Assembly (NCBI GenBank): GCA_041650775.1
Contig: JBAZKO010000003.1
Coordinates: 1-60,596, forward strand
Direction: 5' to 3'
Length of the DNA stretch: 60,596 nucleotides
Origin: Patescibacteria group bacterium
Lineage (GTDB): Bacteria > Patescibacteriota > Patescibacteriia > Patescibacteriales > UBA12465
This document shows, in pieces, positions 17,171-26,912 of this stretch (positions are counted from its first letter, which is position 1; every line of letters begins with the position of its first letter). Made by a program: the position numbers and the translations under genes. The notes beneath the pieces are model-generated. The model was not told the origin of the DNA, made no database searches, and saw nothing but the letters and a program-made list of their open reading frames with translations.

Positions 17171-18640
17171 TTAATCCTTATTAACTTTAATCGTAATCCG
17201 ATCGACTAAGCCCGGTGCTTTCTTAATAAATGAAGGAGAAAATTTTAACTCATAGTCTTTGATTCCCGTCTGATTCTTCAAATAAGTTATAATTTGATTT
17301 TCATTCAGATTAACCAACTGGCTACGAGCCACGACTTCCGCGTCGCTTTTTAAAATCATTGTACCGGAAAAGGAAGCCTTAATCGTCGCCGAGCCGCTGG
17401 CGGCGTCATAGTTATCCAAACTATATTCAATATTCTCCGGTTTGAACTCCGCCAGTTCTTTATCGTCCGGAATCAACAGGTTAAGTTTGGCGGCCGCGAG
17501 TTTCGCCGCTTGTTCGCGGGAGAAAGAAACGGCGACTATTTTCCCGGCGGCTTCCGCCGTGAATTCTTCTTTCTGCTCCCCTTCTTTGGCGTCAATCGTA
17601 ACGGTAGCCGGATCGCCGACGTTATAAAGCCAGCCCTCTTTATCCGTTATAGCCGCTCCCGCTTTTTCCTGGGCGGTCTTCAGCAATAATTCGTTAATAT
17701 CCTTAGCGGCCGAATCCAGATCACTTGATTTAACATATTTTTTAACTTTCCGCTGGAAGGTAAAGGCGGTATCGCTTTTGGCGTAAATTTTATCCTGCAA
17801 TCCCAACCAAAGACCGGGAATGTTGAAAGTCGTTGGCCCGATCGCCAGATTGGCCGCCGGTTTTTCCGCGTAAATATCGACGTTCGTTTCGCCGCCGGCC
17901 GGGATATTAACGGCGTTCTTGATCCGGAATAACTTATTATCCGGACTTAAGATTCGCGTGGTCGCGACCAGTGCCTGACTCTTATTATAATTATTGATAA
18001 TTCTGACCTGGCCGACGATTTCTTCACCCACAAACTCTTCACCGGTCGCCGAATAAGTCTTTTTCACGGTAGCGACGATTTCTTTTACCGAACCGCTGAC
18101 GGCCATTCGGGGATCGGTTTGATCGGAACTGGTGGCTACGCCTTCTTTAGCCACTGATAAGAGCAGATTATCGTTAATAGTTTCGCCCTTTAGATTAACA
18201 GATACGGTTAATTTGGAAAAAGAAAAATAAACGACCACGGCCGCTAAGATCGCCACTAAAATCACGAATTTGACGACAAAACGACGATAAAGACCGACGC
18301 TTCGGCCAGAGTTTCCGATTTTCGGCGCTGGAGTTTCTTTATCTTTGCCAACCGGAGACAGGCTGGAAAAAAACTTCTTCTGGCTGTCCAATTCGCCGTT
18401 TTTTCCAATCTCGGTGTCATCCTCATTTTCCGTATCTTCCGAATTTTTCAACGGTTTCCGGCCGATTGGCGAGAGCGCCGCTTCTTCCGGCCAGTCATTT
18501 TCCAACGGTTCATCTTCAATGACATCGACTAAGACCGATCGAGCTTTTTTCTTAGGATGGATTGTCTTGGCCGCCGATTTTTTTTTCATTTTCGGACCGC
18601 CGGACGCGACCGGAGAAACGATTGATTTGGTTCGAGGCAT
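17171..18640 (-). CDS. Hypothetical single-TM protein with large extracellular domain (possibly baseplate-J-like fold)
   Basis: Charged, disordered N-terminus, one TM, then GQVRIINNY...LVATTRILSPDNKLFR and FNIPGL. Family assignment is from recall only. Confidence 0.65.
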   Translation of the reverse strand: MPRTKSIVSPVASGGPKMKKKSAAKTIHPKKKARSVLVDVIEDEPLENDWPEEAALSPIGRKPLKNSEDTENEDDTEIGKNGELDSQKKFFSSLSPVGKDKETPAPKIGNSGRSVGLYRRFVVKFVILVAILAAVVVYFSFSKLTVSVNLKGETINDNLLLSVAKEGVATSSDQTDPRMAVSGSVKEIVATVKKTYSATGEEFVGEEIVGQVRIINNYNKSQALVATTRILSPDNKLFRIKNAVNIPAGGETNVDIYAEKPAANLAIGPTTFNIPGLWLGLQDKIYAKSDTAFTFQRKVKKYVKSSDLDSAAKDINELLLKTAQEKAGAAITDKEGWLYNVGDPATVTIDAKEGEQKEEFTAEAAGKIVAVSFSREQAAKLAAAKLNLLIPDDKELAEFKPENIEYSLDNYDAASGSATIKASFSGTMILKSDAEVVARSQLVNLNENQIITYLKNQTGIKDYELKFSPSFIKKAPGLVDRITIKVNKD

Positions 18641-18775
18641 AATTAAAAAAAGAAAATTAAAAGAAAGACAAAAAAAATAAAGCGAAATTTAAGTCAGCTT
18701 CATTATAACATAAGCTTCGTCGGGCGGCAATTTTCCGGCAAAACCGTTACCGGATAGTAGCCCGGTTCGGCCGGA

Positions 18776-21700
18776 CTATTCGGCGATTTTAATCAGCTCT
18801 AAAAATTTACTCTTTAATTCGATACGTAAATTCTCATTATTATCCACTCGGAAAGCGGTTTTGATGATTTTTGCCTTCCCTTCTTCCGTCAGCCGGAAAT
18901 AAACTTCGCTATCGCCGGGATAAAGGGAAAATATTTTTCGCAATTCCATCAGATTATCAGCCGCCAGGTCATGTAAAAAAATTATCCGCAAGGGATTGCC
19001 AGCTGGTTTAACCGCGGCCGGTGCCGGGGTTGTTTTTCTCTCTGGCTCAATCCGATTATATCCGCTTTCTCGGCCATTCCAGCCTCCCGGACGATAACTT
19101 TTCTTGACCGGCCCGCCTTCCAATAATAGTTTCTTAAAATCATCGACTGATTTTCCCGCTTCCAAGGGGTTCAGAAGAAAAGCGCGGTTGACCAAAACTT
19201 TCACCTCTTGATCCTTTTCCGATAATTTACTGTCGGTTATAATCGCCCGCCCTTCGACCCACAAATCGGGCGTCTCTTTCAGCAGGCGCGGGAAAATCAA
19301 AAGTTCGACCGTGTTGGTCGCATCTTCCAATTTTACAAACAGCATCGATTCTCCTTTGCGCGTCAATATTTTTTTAATGGTCGAAATAATCCCGGCGACG
19401 ATTATCCGATCATCGCCTTTATGTTTCCCCAGTTCCACCAAAGGAACGGCGTAACCAGCCAGATAAGGACGAAAATAATTATAAGGATGTTCGCTGACAT
19501 ACAAACCTAGGAGTTCTTTTTCCCAAATCAATTTTTCATTCTGTTCCGCTTCCGCCGCCGGATTAAGCGCCGGCCGGCCGGCATCAGCCGTGGGCAAATC
19601 GGAAAATAGACTGCTTTGTTTATTGTCTTTGGATTTAGCCGTTTCTTTATTGAAACTCAAAAGGCGTTCCATGTTTCCCAGAATCTGCCCGCGTTCACCG
19701 AAACTATCCAGCGCCCCGCTTTTTACCAGACTTTCTAAAGATTTCTTGTTTAAATCCTTGTCGGTAATTCTTTCTAACAAATCGAAAATATCCTGATAAG
19801 GGCCATTCTCTTTTCTTTCTCTGATGATTTCTTCGACGATATGCTCGCCGACATTTTTAATCGCTTTCAATCCGAACCGGATAGTATCGGCTTTTTCTTC
19901 CGCTTGGATGGCGCGATTCTCTTTCGTTCCGGCCGTTACAACCGTAAAAGTGCCAAAAGATTCATTAACGTCCGGGGCCATGATCTTAATGCCCATATTA
20001 CGACACTCTTCGATTTCAATCGCCACTCGGTCGGTGTCTCCTTGGTCGGAAGTCAGAAGCGCGGCCATAAATTCCACCGGCCAATGCGCCTTTAGATAAG
20101 CGGTCTGATAGCCGATTAAAGCGTAACAGGCGGCGTGCGAACGATTAAAACCATAACCGGCGAACGGTTCGATAAACGAAAAGACTTTCTCCGCCAGTTC
20201 TTTATAAACGCCGTTCTTAACACAACCCTCGATGAACTTCTCTTTCTGTTCGGCGAGCAACGAGGCGATTTTTTTACCCATGGCTTTCCTTAGGACATCG
20301 GCCTGTCCCATAGTAAATCCAGCCAAGTCGCGGGCGATTTGCATGACTTGTTCCTGATAAATAGCGACACCATAAGTCTTTTCCAGAATCGGCGCCAGTT
20401 TTTGGTGCAAATATGATACTTTTTTACGTTGATGCTTCCCGGCGATATAATCCGGAATCCATTCCATCGGTCCCGGTCGATACAGAGCGACCATGGCGAT
20501 AATGTCTTCAAAAACCGTCGGCTTGAGCTCTCGCAGGTATCTTTTCATGCCGGAAGATTCAAACTGGAAAACGCCAGTCGTTTCGCCCTCTTGAAATAAT
20601 TTATAAGCTCTGGCGTCGTCGAGCGGAATCTCATCAATATTTATTTCCAAACCGCGGGTATTCTTGATAATTTTTAAAGCTGATTCGATAATCGTTAAAT
20701 TTTTCAAGCCCAAAAAATCCATTTTCAACAAACCCAGGTCTTCGATCGGATGGAGCGAATATTGGGAAATAATACTGCGGTCGGAAGAAGACGCATATTG
20801 AATCGGAACATATTCGGTCAGCGGATTCTTGGTGATCAGCACGCCGCAAGCGTGCGTAGAAGCATGTCGGGCGACGCCCTCCAGACGTTTCGCGTAATCC
20901 AGGATACGCTTCGCCGCCGGCTCTTTAGCGTACATTTCCCGAAGTTCCGGTACGGTTTTCAGCGCTTCGTCCAACTTCATGAACATCGGAATGCTTTTGG
21001 AAATCTTGTCGCAGTAATCATAAGGCTCATCAAGGACGCGACCGACATCACGCACGGCGGCGCGGGCCGCCATGGTTCCGAAAGTGATGATTTGGGCGAC
21101 ATGATCTTTCCCATATTTTTCCTCGACATAATTTATCACTTCGCCGCGCCGGATATCGGCAAAATCCATATCAATATCGGGCATGGAAATACGATCCGGA
21201 TTCAAGAACCGTTCAAAAAGCAAATCATACTTAAGCGGATCAAGGTTGGTGATGCCGGTCAGATAACAAACCAAAGAACCGGCGGCACTGCCGCGTCCCG
21301 GACCGACCACGATCTTGTTGTCTTTCGCCCAGTTGATAAAATCGGCGACAATCAAAAAATAAGACGGCCAGCCCATCTTGGCGATAACCGATAATTCATA
21401 ATCCAGACGTTCTCTTATCTTTTCCAACTCGGCCGCGCCGGCGTCCGGGAACCTTTTAACCATTCCCCGCTCGCACCACTGACGCAGGTAAGAATTGCCG
21501 TCATATCCCGCCGGCACTTCGAAATGCGGCAGTTGGATATTGCCCAGTTCGATTTCCACATTGCACATCGCCGCGATTTTCAAAGTATTGGCGGCCGCTT
21601 CGGGAACATCTTTAAAAGCGGCGATCATTTCCGCGTTGGGTCGCAAAGAATAATCACCCAGGCCGAGCATCTTCATCCGGTCGGTATCGGTAATTTTTTT

Positions 21701-22381
21701 CTTATTCTGCAGGCACAATAGGATATCCTGCGCTTCCGCGTCTTCTTTCTTTAGATAATGCGCGTCATTGGTCGCGACCAGCGGAATATTCAATTCGCGC
21801 GAAAAGGCAATCAGGGTTTTATTCACTTTTTCCAAATCGGCCAATTCGGGATGATCCATTATTTCTAGATAAAAATTATCCTGCCCGAATAGCTGATTAT
21901 ATTCCTGGATCCTTTTTTTCGCTTCGCTTAATTTATCGGCGGAAATAAGCCGGGGGATTTCGCCGGCCAGACAGGCCGTACAGGCAATCAACCCTTCATG
22001 ATGTTGGCTTAAAATTTCCCAGTCGATTCTGGGCTTATAATAAAAACCTTCAATATGAGCATGCGACACTATCTTAATCAGATTCTTATAGCCGACCAGG
22101 TTTTTAGCCAAAAGAAGCAAGTGAGCGCTCCGGCCATCTTCGCGGGTATTCTTGTCAAAACGCGAACCAGGCGCCAGGTAAGTTTCCACTCCGATAATCG
22201 GCTTAATACCGGCTTTCTTGGCCTTCTGATAGAATTCTATAACCCCGTACATCGTGCCGTGATCGGTAATGGCGACAGCCGGAGAACCCTGTTCTTTGGC
22301 ATAATTAACCATCTCGTCCAGTTTAGTCAGGCCGTCAAGCAAGGAATAATGGCTATGGTTGTGGAGATGGACAAAAGACAT
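18776..22381 (-). CDS. dnaE: DNA polymerase III alpha subunit
   Basis: PHP domain (HLHNHSHYSLLDG), GRGSAAGS, PDIDMDF, FNRSHAACYA and OB-fold; no intein seen. Confidence 0.98.
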   Translation of the reverse strand: MSFVHLHNHSHYSLLDGLTKLDEMVNYAKEQGSPAVAITDHGTMYGVIEFYQKAKKAGIKPIIGVETYLAPGSRFDKNTREDGRSAHLLLLAKNLVGYKNLIKIVSHAHIEGFYYKPRIDWEILSQHHEGLIACTACLAGEIPRLISADKLSEAKKRIQEYNQLFGQDNFYLEIMDHPELADLEKVNKTLIAFSRELNIPLVATNDAHYLKKEDAEAQDILLCLQNKKKITDTDRMKMLGLGDYSLRPNAEMIAAFKDVPEAAANTLKIAAMCNVEIELGNIQLPHFEVPAGYDGNSYLRQWCERGMVKRFPDAGAAELEKIRERLDYELSVIAKMGWPSYFLIVADFINWAKDNKIVVGPGRGSAAGSLVCYLTGITNLDPLKYDLLFERFLNPDRISMPDIDMDFADIRRGEVINYVEEKYGKDHVAQIITFGTMAARAAVRDVGRVLDEPYDYCDKISKSIPMFMKLDEALKTVPELREMYAKEPAAKRILDYAKRLEGVARHASTHACGVLITKNPLTEYVPIQYASSSDRSIISQYSLHPIEDLGLLKMDFLGLKNLTIIESALKIIKNTRGLEINIDEIPLDDARAYKLFQEGETTGVFQFESSGMKRYLRELKPTVFEDIIAMVALYRPGPMEWIPDYIAGKHQRKKVSYLHQKLAPILEKTYGVAIYQEQVMQIARDLAGFTMGQADVLRKAMGKKIASLLAEQKEKFIEGCVKNGVYKELAEKVFSFIEPFAGYGFNRSHAACYALIGYQTAYLKAHWPVEFMAALLTSDQGDTDRVAIEIEECRNMGIKIMAPDVNESFGTFTVVTAGTKENRAIQAEEKADTIRFGLKAIKNVGEHIVEEIIRERKENGPYQDIFDLLERITDKDLNKKSLESLVKSGALDSFGERGQILGNMERLLSFNKETAKSKDNKQSSLFSDLPTADAGRPALNPAAEAEQNEKLIWEKELLGLYVSEHPYNYFRPYLAGYAVPLVELGKHKGDDRIIVAGIISTIKKILTRKGESMLFVKLEDATNTVELLIFPRLLKETPDLWVEGRAIITDSKLSEKDQEVKVLVNRAFLLNPLEAGKSVDDFKKLLLEGGPVKKSYRPGGWNGRESGYNRIEPERKTTPAPAAVKPAGNPLRIIFLHDLAADNLMELRKIFSLYPGDSEVYFRLTEEGKAKIIKTAFRVDNNENLRIELKSKFLELIKIAE

Positions 22382-22438
22382 GAAAAAATAGGTTATCCGG
22401 ACTTTATCATTTTAATATAAGGAATTAAGGATAGCAAC

Positions 22439-22467
22439 TTGACAACTTTTTATTAATTTCCTATAAT
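22439..22467 (+). promoter_or_regulatory. Perfect-consensus sigma70 promoter, back-to-back with the dnaE promoter
   Basis: TTGACA-N17-TATAAT on plus; TTGCTA-N17-TAAAAT on minus (22409-22437) faces dnaE. Confidence 0.85.
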
Positions 22468-22473
22468 ATAATC

Positions 22474-22651
22474 AAGTTCTTTTTAATAATTCTCATAGGA
22501 TTCATAGGTTTATTTTTTAGGGTTAATTCTTAGGGTTTAGTTTTTTAGAGTTAGTAATTAGGTTTTAGTGGTTAAGTTTTTAATGATTGGTTAGTTAGTT
22601 TATGTTATGGGTTTGGTTCGGAGGCTTCTAATGACGAAGCCTCCTTTTTTT
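22474..22651 (+). ncRNA. Candidate UAG-rich, C-depleted small RNA
   Basis: Lies between a consensus promoter and an intrinsic terminator; no ORF over 10 codons before the terminator; 11 TAG in 22496-22598; no C in 22530-22618. Confidence 0.6.
22620..22651 (+). terminator. Intrinsic terminator of the candidate sRNA
   Basis: GGAGGCTTC-N7-GAAGCCTCC-T7. Confidence 0.85.
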
Positions 22652-22678
22652 ATATGTTTTTATATGCCAAGACTTTTT

Positions 22679-22705
22679 AAAAACAGCCCAGAGCTGATGG
22701 GCTGT
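22679..22705 (-). terminator. Intrinsic terminator of parAB
   Basis: ACAGCCCA-N7-TGGGCTGT followed by a T-run on the minus strand. Confidence 0.7.
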
Positions 22706-22726
22706 CGCTAAGCGCCGGGATTGATA

Positions 22727-23605
22727 TTATTTAATTTTCCTAGTTATTTCATTCAGCTCTTCTTCGCTATAAAAATCAATCAAAATTTTACCGCCTTTCC
22801 CCTGCCTTTTTATTTCCACTTTCGTGCTTAGATATTCCCCCAATTCTTCTTCTTTCGCTCGGTCAAAGTAATCTTTCGGCCTGGCGTCTTTAGTTCCACC
22901 CAATCTTTTTATTTCTTTGTCAGTCTGCGCCACGGTCAAATTCTGGCGCAGAATCTTTTTCAGCATATTCAACTGCTTTGCTTCGCCCTCCAGACCCAAA
23001 AGATATTTGGCGTGCGCCTCCGTAATCTTCCCGCCCGCCAAAGCGTCCTGAATCGCCGCCGGCAGAGATAACAGGCGTAAAGCGTTGGCGACGCTGGACC
23101 GGGCTTTGCCCAGCTTCTTAGCCGCTTCTTCCTGAGTAATATTGAATTCCTCGATCAATCTTTTATAAGCCCGAGCGCTTTCCAGCGGATTCAAGTCCTC
23201 GCGTTGTAAATTTTCAATCAAAGCCAACTCTAATTTTTTTTGCGCTTTCTCGTCCCGGACGATAACCGGCACTTCTTTCAGACCGATGATCTTCGCGCTA
23301 CGCAAACGGCGTTCGCCAGCAATCAGTTCAAAGCGATCGCCTTTTTTCGTTACAATCAAAGGCTGGATAATCCCGTGCTGTCTGATCGATTCAGCTAAAT
23401 CATTCAAAGCGCTCTCCGAAAAATTCGTCCGCGGCTGTTGTGGGTTGATATCGATTCTTTCGGGGCTGATCTTTAAAATCCGATCGCTGTCGCGGAGTAA
23501 AAAAGTTTCTTCTTCGGCCGCGCCAGACTTAAAGGGATTCTGGCCATAAACAACGGTCTTTTTGGGAATCAGCGAGCCGAGTCCTCGGCCTAAACCTTGA
23601 GGCAT
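22727..23605 (-). CDS. parB: Chromosome partitioning protein ParB/Spo0J
   Basis: GLGRGLGSLI, NPQQPR, LIAGERRLR and ENLQREDLNPLE motifs; HTH. Confidence 0.96.
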   Translation of the reverse strand: MPQGLGRGLGSLIPKKTVVYGQNPFKSGAAEEETFLLRDSDRILKISPERIDINPQQPRTNFSESALNDLAESIRQHGIIQPLIVTKKGDRFELIAGERRLRSAKIIGLKEVPVIVRDEKAQKKLELALIENLQREDLNPLESARAYKRLIEEFNITQEEAAKKLGKARSSVANALRLLSLPAAIQDALAGGKITEAHAKYLLGLEGEAKQLNMLKKILRQNLTVAQTDKEIKRLGGTKDARPKDYFDRAKEEELGEYLSTKVEIKRQGKGGKILIDFYSEEELNEITRKIK

Positions 23606-23655
23606 ATGTTATTTGATTAAAACTAATTTCTAAAATAAGGCCGGCCAGGCGGAGA

Positions 23656-24420
23656 CTATCTTTCCAAACTTAAAATTTCTCTCGCCAGTCCTTCGTAAGC
23701 TTTCCCGCCCTTGGATTTCGGATCATAGTGCAAAATCGAGCGGCCGTAACTCGGCGCTTCGGCCAGTCGGACGCTACGCGGAATGACCGAACGGAAAATA
23801 CGGTTCGGAAAATATTTATACAATTCTTCCATCACGGATTCGGACAATTTATTACGGCGGTCGAACATGGTTATGACCGCGCCCATTATTCCCAAAGCCG
23901 GTTTCAGATTATTTTGAACCAAACTGATTGTTTCCAATAACTGGCTAAGGCCTTCCAGCGCGAAATACTCGCTTTGGATGGGAATCAAAACTTCGTCGGC
24001 GGCCACCAGGCTGTTAACGGTCAATAACCCCAAAGAAGGCGGACCGTCGATAATTATGTAATCAAAATCTTTTTTTACTTCGTCCAAGACATTAGCCAGC
24101 CGAAACTCGCGGTTGTCCAGATTAACCATTTCCACGCCGGCACCGGCCAGCGACATCGTCGCCGGAGCGACTTTTAGTCCGGATTGGAGAGTCCGTTTTA
24201 TTATCTGCGGCAAAGGCTTTTCGCCGATCAGCGCTTCATAAATTCCGGCTTCCAGAGCGCGGTGATCGAGACCCAAGCCGGAAGTGGCGTTCGCCTGCGG
24301 ATCGACGTCAATCAAAAGAACCTGCCGGCCGAGATGAGCCAAATAGGCGCCGATATTAACGGCGGTGGTGGTTTTCCCAACCCCGCCTTTTTGATTAACG
24401 ATGGCGATGGTTTTACTCAT
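23656..24420 (-). CDS. parA: Chromosome partitioning ATPase ParA/Soj
   Basis: NQKGGVGKTT, IDVDPQANAT and LAEAPSYG motifs. Confidence 0.96.
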   Translation of the reverse strand: MSKTIAIVNQKGGVGKTTTAVNIGAYLAHLGRQVLLIDVDPQANATSGLGLDHRALEAGIYEALIGEKPLPQIIKRTLQSGLKVAPATMSLAGAGVEMVNLDNREFRLANVLDEVKKDFDYIIIDGPPSLGLLTVNSLVAADEVLIPIQSEYFALEGLSQLLETISLVQNNLKPALGIMGAVITMFDRRNKLSESVMEELYKYFPNRIFRSVIPRSVRLAEAPSYGRSILHYDPKSKGGKAYEGLAREILSLER

Positions 24421-24462
24421 AAATTAGGCACAAACGCGGAAATGATTCTCTTCTATAAATTC

Positions 24463-24513
24463 ATTATATCTTAAAGAAAAATCTTTGACAATTAAAATTT
24501 TATTTATTATACT
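24463..24513. promoter_or_regulatory. Divergent promoters with overlapping -35 elements (parA / tRNA-Leu)
   Basis: Plus TTGACA(24485)-N17-TATACT; minus TTGTCA(24491)-N17-TATAAT. Confidence 0.75.
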
Positions 24514-24522
24514 GGATTTTGA

Positions 24523-24606
24523 GCCGCGATGGCGGAATTGGTAGACGCGCACGACTCAAAATCGTGTGGGGGCGACTCCATGAGGGTTCGATTCCCTCTC
24601 GCGGCA
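24523..24606 (+). tRNA. tRNA-Leu(CAA)
   Basis: GCCGCGA/TCGCGGC acceptor stem, A73, anticodon loop CTCAAAA, long variable arm, GTTCGATTC. CCA is not encoded. Confidence 0.95.
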
Positions 24607-24610
24607 CAGC

Positions 24611-24639
24611 AAAAAAGACGGGATTTGCCCGTCTTTTTT
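24611..24639. terminator. Bidirectional terminator (tRNA-Leu / mnmA)
   Basis: AAAAAAGACGGG-ATTTG-CCCGTCTTTTTT. Confidence 0.85.
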
Positions 24640-24653
24640 AATTAGCGCTTGTT

Positions 24654-25778
24654 TCACTTTCCGTTTCCGTGACTGATAATCCCGCCGCCCAAGACTTTTT
24701 CCTTCTCATAAAACACAACGCTCTGTCCGGGAGTGACCGCGCGCTGAGGTTTTAAAAATTTAACCTGATAATTTTGACCATCTTTCCCGGCGCCTCCTTT
24801 TTCTTTCCCTTTTCCGACGGTCGGAGTCACGACGCATGGCACAGCCTGATGTCCATAACGGATTACGGCTCCGCATTTAAAAACACGCCGGGGAGTCCGG
24901 CCGGAGAGCCAATTTACTTTTTTAGCGATTAAACCGGATCGATATAAAACCGCTTCGTTCCAATTTTTGACCACATATAAAATATTGCGGCGCCAATCGA
25001 ATTTGGCGGCGTAATAAGGACCGGTGCCGCCAATCAGGCCACGGCGTTGACCGATAGTATACAACGGCAGACCCTGATGTTCGCCGATTTTCTCGCCGGT
25101 TTCCAGTCGCCTGATTTCGCCTGGCCGTAAAGGCAGATATTTTTTTAAAAATTTATTATGGTCGCCGGACAAAAAACAAATATCCTGGCTTTCTGGTTTG
25201 GCCGCTACCGCCAATTTTAATTTTTCTGCTAATTTTCTCACCTGTGGTTTGGTATAGGCGCCCAGCGGAAATAAAAGATGTTTTAATTCCTCCGGGGTAA
25301 AGGTATACAGGAAATAAGACTGATCTTTGTTTTTATCTTTCGCCTTATACAGCCTCTCTTCGCGGCCAACCCGCTTGAGCCGCAGATAATGTCCGGTAGC
25401 GACATAATCAAAGCCCAGACGACGCGCGTATTTTAACAGCCGGCCGATCTTGATCTGTTTATTGCAAACCACGCAAGGATTCGGCGTCCGGCCGGCGGCA
25501 TATTCGCTCAAAAAATTATCGACCACCACCTTTTTAAACGGACTGGAAAAATCAAAAGTATAAAAAGGAATACCGATTTTCGCGGCAACCGCGCGCGCAT
25601 CCAAAAGCGATTCCAAGGAACAGCAACGATTCTCCGCTTTGTCTCCGGCCGATTCGTCTTTCCAAAAATGCAAAAAAACGCCGGCGACATCGTAGCCTTG
25701 GTTCTTTAAAAGTTGTGCCGCTACGCTGGAGTCGACTCCGCCTGACATCGCGACCAGAACTTTACTTTTTTTCTTCAT
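24654..25778 (-). CDS. mnmA: tRNA 2-thiouridine(34) synthase
   Basis: AMSGGVDSS, TPNPCVVCN, ATGHY, KDQSYFL, ESQDICF and PGQSVV motifs. Start taken at ATG 25778 (MKKKSKV) rather than the ORF-track 25847. Confidence 0.95.
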   Translation of the reverse strand: MKKKSKVLVAMSGGVDSSVAAQLLKNQGYDVAGVFLHFWKDESAGDKAENRCCSLESLLDARAVAAKIGIPFYTFDFSSPFKKVVVDNFLSEYAAGRTPNPCVVCNKQIKIGRLLKYARRLGFDYVATGHYLRLKRVGREERLYKAKDKNKDQSYFLYTFTPEELKHLLFPLGAYTKPQVRKLAEKLKLAVAAKPESQDICFLSGDHNKFLKKYLPLRPGEIRRLETGEKIGEHQGLPLYTIGQRRGLIGGTGPYYAAKFDWRRNILYVVKNWNEAVLYRSGLIAKKVNWLSGRTPRRVFKCGAVIRYGHQAVPCVVTPTVGKGKEKGGAGKDGQNYQVKFLKPQRAVTPGQSVVFYEKEKVLGGGIISHGNGK

Positions 25779-26892
25779 ACACTTCTTTAAATAGTTGCAA
25801 ATACTGCGCCGCTGTTTTATCCCAGGAAAATAATTTGGCGCGTTCATATCCTTTCGCGATCAGGCGCGCTCGCAATTTTTCATCGGTCAAAATGATTTTT
25901 AAAGCGTCCTTAATTTCTTCGTCTTTAAACGGATTGATCATTAATGCCGCATCCGCCACCACTTCCGGTAAACTGGAAACATTGGAACAAACAACCGGTA
26001 CGCCGCTAGCCATCGCTTCCAGAGGAGGAAAACCAAAACCCTCATAATATGAAGGATAAACAAAAATCGTAGCTTTACGCAATAAATCTTCTTTATCTTT
26101 TTGGCTAATATAACCTAAAAATATAATATCATTTTTATACCGGGAACCATCGCGGGCGGCATATATTTTTTTATTTTTCCAGCCCGGCGCGCCGGCTAAA
26201 ATTAATTTGATGTTTTCACCTTCCGCTCGCAACTGGTCGTAAGCGGCTATCAGCCCGTTGATATTTTTGCGCGGCTCGATATTGCCGAGATACAGGATAA
26301 AACGTTCAGAGCGCGGCTTAGCGTCCGCTTCCCTTTTGACGGCGTTATTGCCGGAATAAATTACGGAAATTTTTTCCGGAGCGACGCCGGCCAATTCGAT
26401 AATATCATTCTTAGTGTTGGCGGAAACGGCGATAATCCTCTCGGCGACACGCAGAGTTTTTTTAACGCCCAATGCTCGGTGCCAAAAATTTTTGCGGGCG
26501 CTAAAAAACTCCGGGTATCTTAAAAATGATAAATCATGGACAGTAACCACTTTCTTTAGGCCGGACTCCGAGCCGCTTAAACAGGTAAAATTAAAATGGG
26601 GCGACCAGAAAAGATCGACGCCGCCCAAAACCTGATCCAATTTCGGATAACAAAAAAACTTCTGTAAAAGATAGTTAAAAATTTTATTGGGCCAGTGCCG
26701 ACCAATAACACGCGCCCGATCGCCGTTCCAGAATTTAAAACGGTCGTCCAGATAATGATAGGAATTGTAAAATAATTTATAACAGTTCTCTTTGTCCTGA
26801 CGCAAAATCGCGGTTAATAAATTAGCGGTATATTCGGATATGCCGCTATAATGTTTGTCCATTAAAACCCTGATATCCACACCAATCTTCAT
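25762..26892 (-). CDS. Glycosyltransferase family 4 (mannosyltransferase-like)
   Basis: TVHDL, GNIEPRKN and EGFGFPPLEAMASG motifs. Confidence 0.92.
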   Translation of the reverse strand: MKIGVDIRVLMDKHYSGISEYTANLLTAILRQDKENCYKLFYNSYHYLDDRFKFWNGDRARVIGRHWPNKIFNYLLQKFFCYPKLDQVLGGVDLFWSPHFNFTCLSGSESGLKKVVTVHDLSFLRYPEFFSARKNFWHRALGVKKTLRVAERIIAVSANTKNDIIELAGVAPEKISVIYSGNNAVKREADAKPRSERFILYLGNIEPRKNINGLIAAYDQLRAEGENIKLILAGAPGWKNKKIYAARDGSRYKNDIIFLGYISQKDKEDLLRKATIFVYPSYYEGFGFPPLEAMASGVPVVCSNVSSLPEVVADAALMINPFKDEEIKDALKIILTDEKLRARLIAKGYERAKLFSWDKTAAQYLQLFKEVYEEKK

Positions 26893-26912
26893 AAAATTTA
26901 CTAATTTCCTTT

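Noticed and set aside
17171-18640. Prophage tail/baseplate gene
   Set aside because: No other phage structural genes nearby, host-like composition, and a TM anchor; more likely a cellular envelope protein.
22496-22598. TRAP binding site (11 UAG repeats)
   Set aside because: Spacing is irregular rather than the 2-3 nt TRAP prefers, and there is no trp gene or mtrB in the window. Kept only as an analogy.
22381-24660. parS site or oriC (DnaA-box cluster) near parAB/dnaE
   Set aside because: No TGTTTCACGTGAAACA-like palindrome was found (24648 TGTTTCAC is a half match only). TTATCCAC matches elsewhere in the window are isolated and inside CDSs.
25779-25847. N-terminal extension of MnmA, and similar upstream starts for the HTH (43338), malic enzyme (55873) and ArsM (60357)
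   Set aside because: The extensions overlap neighbouring genes or regulatory sites; downstream ATGs match the family N-termini.
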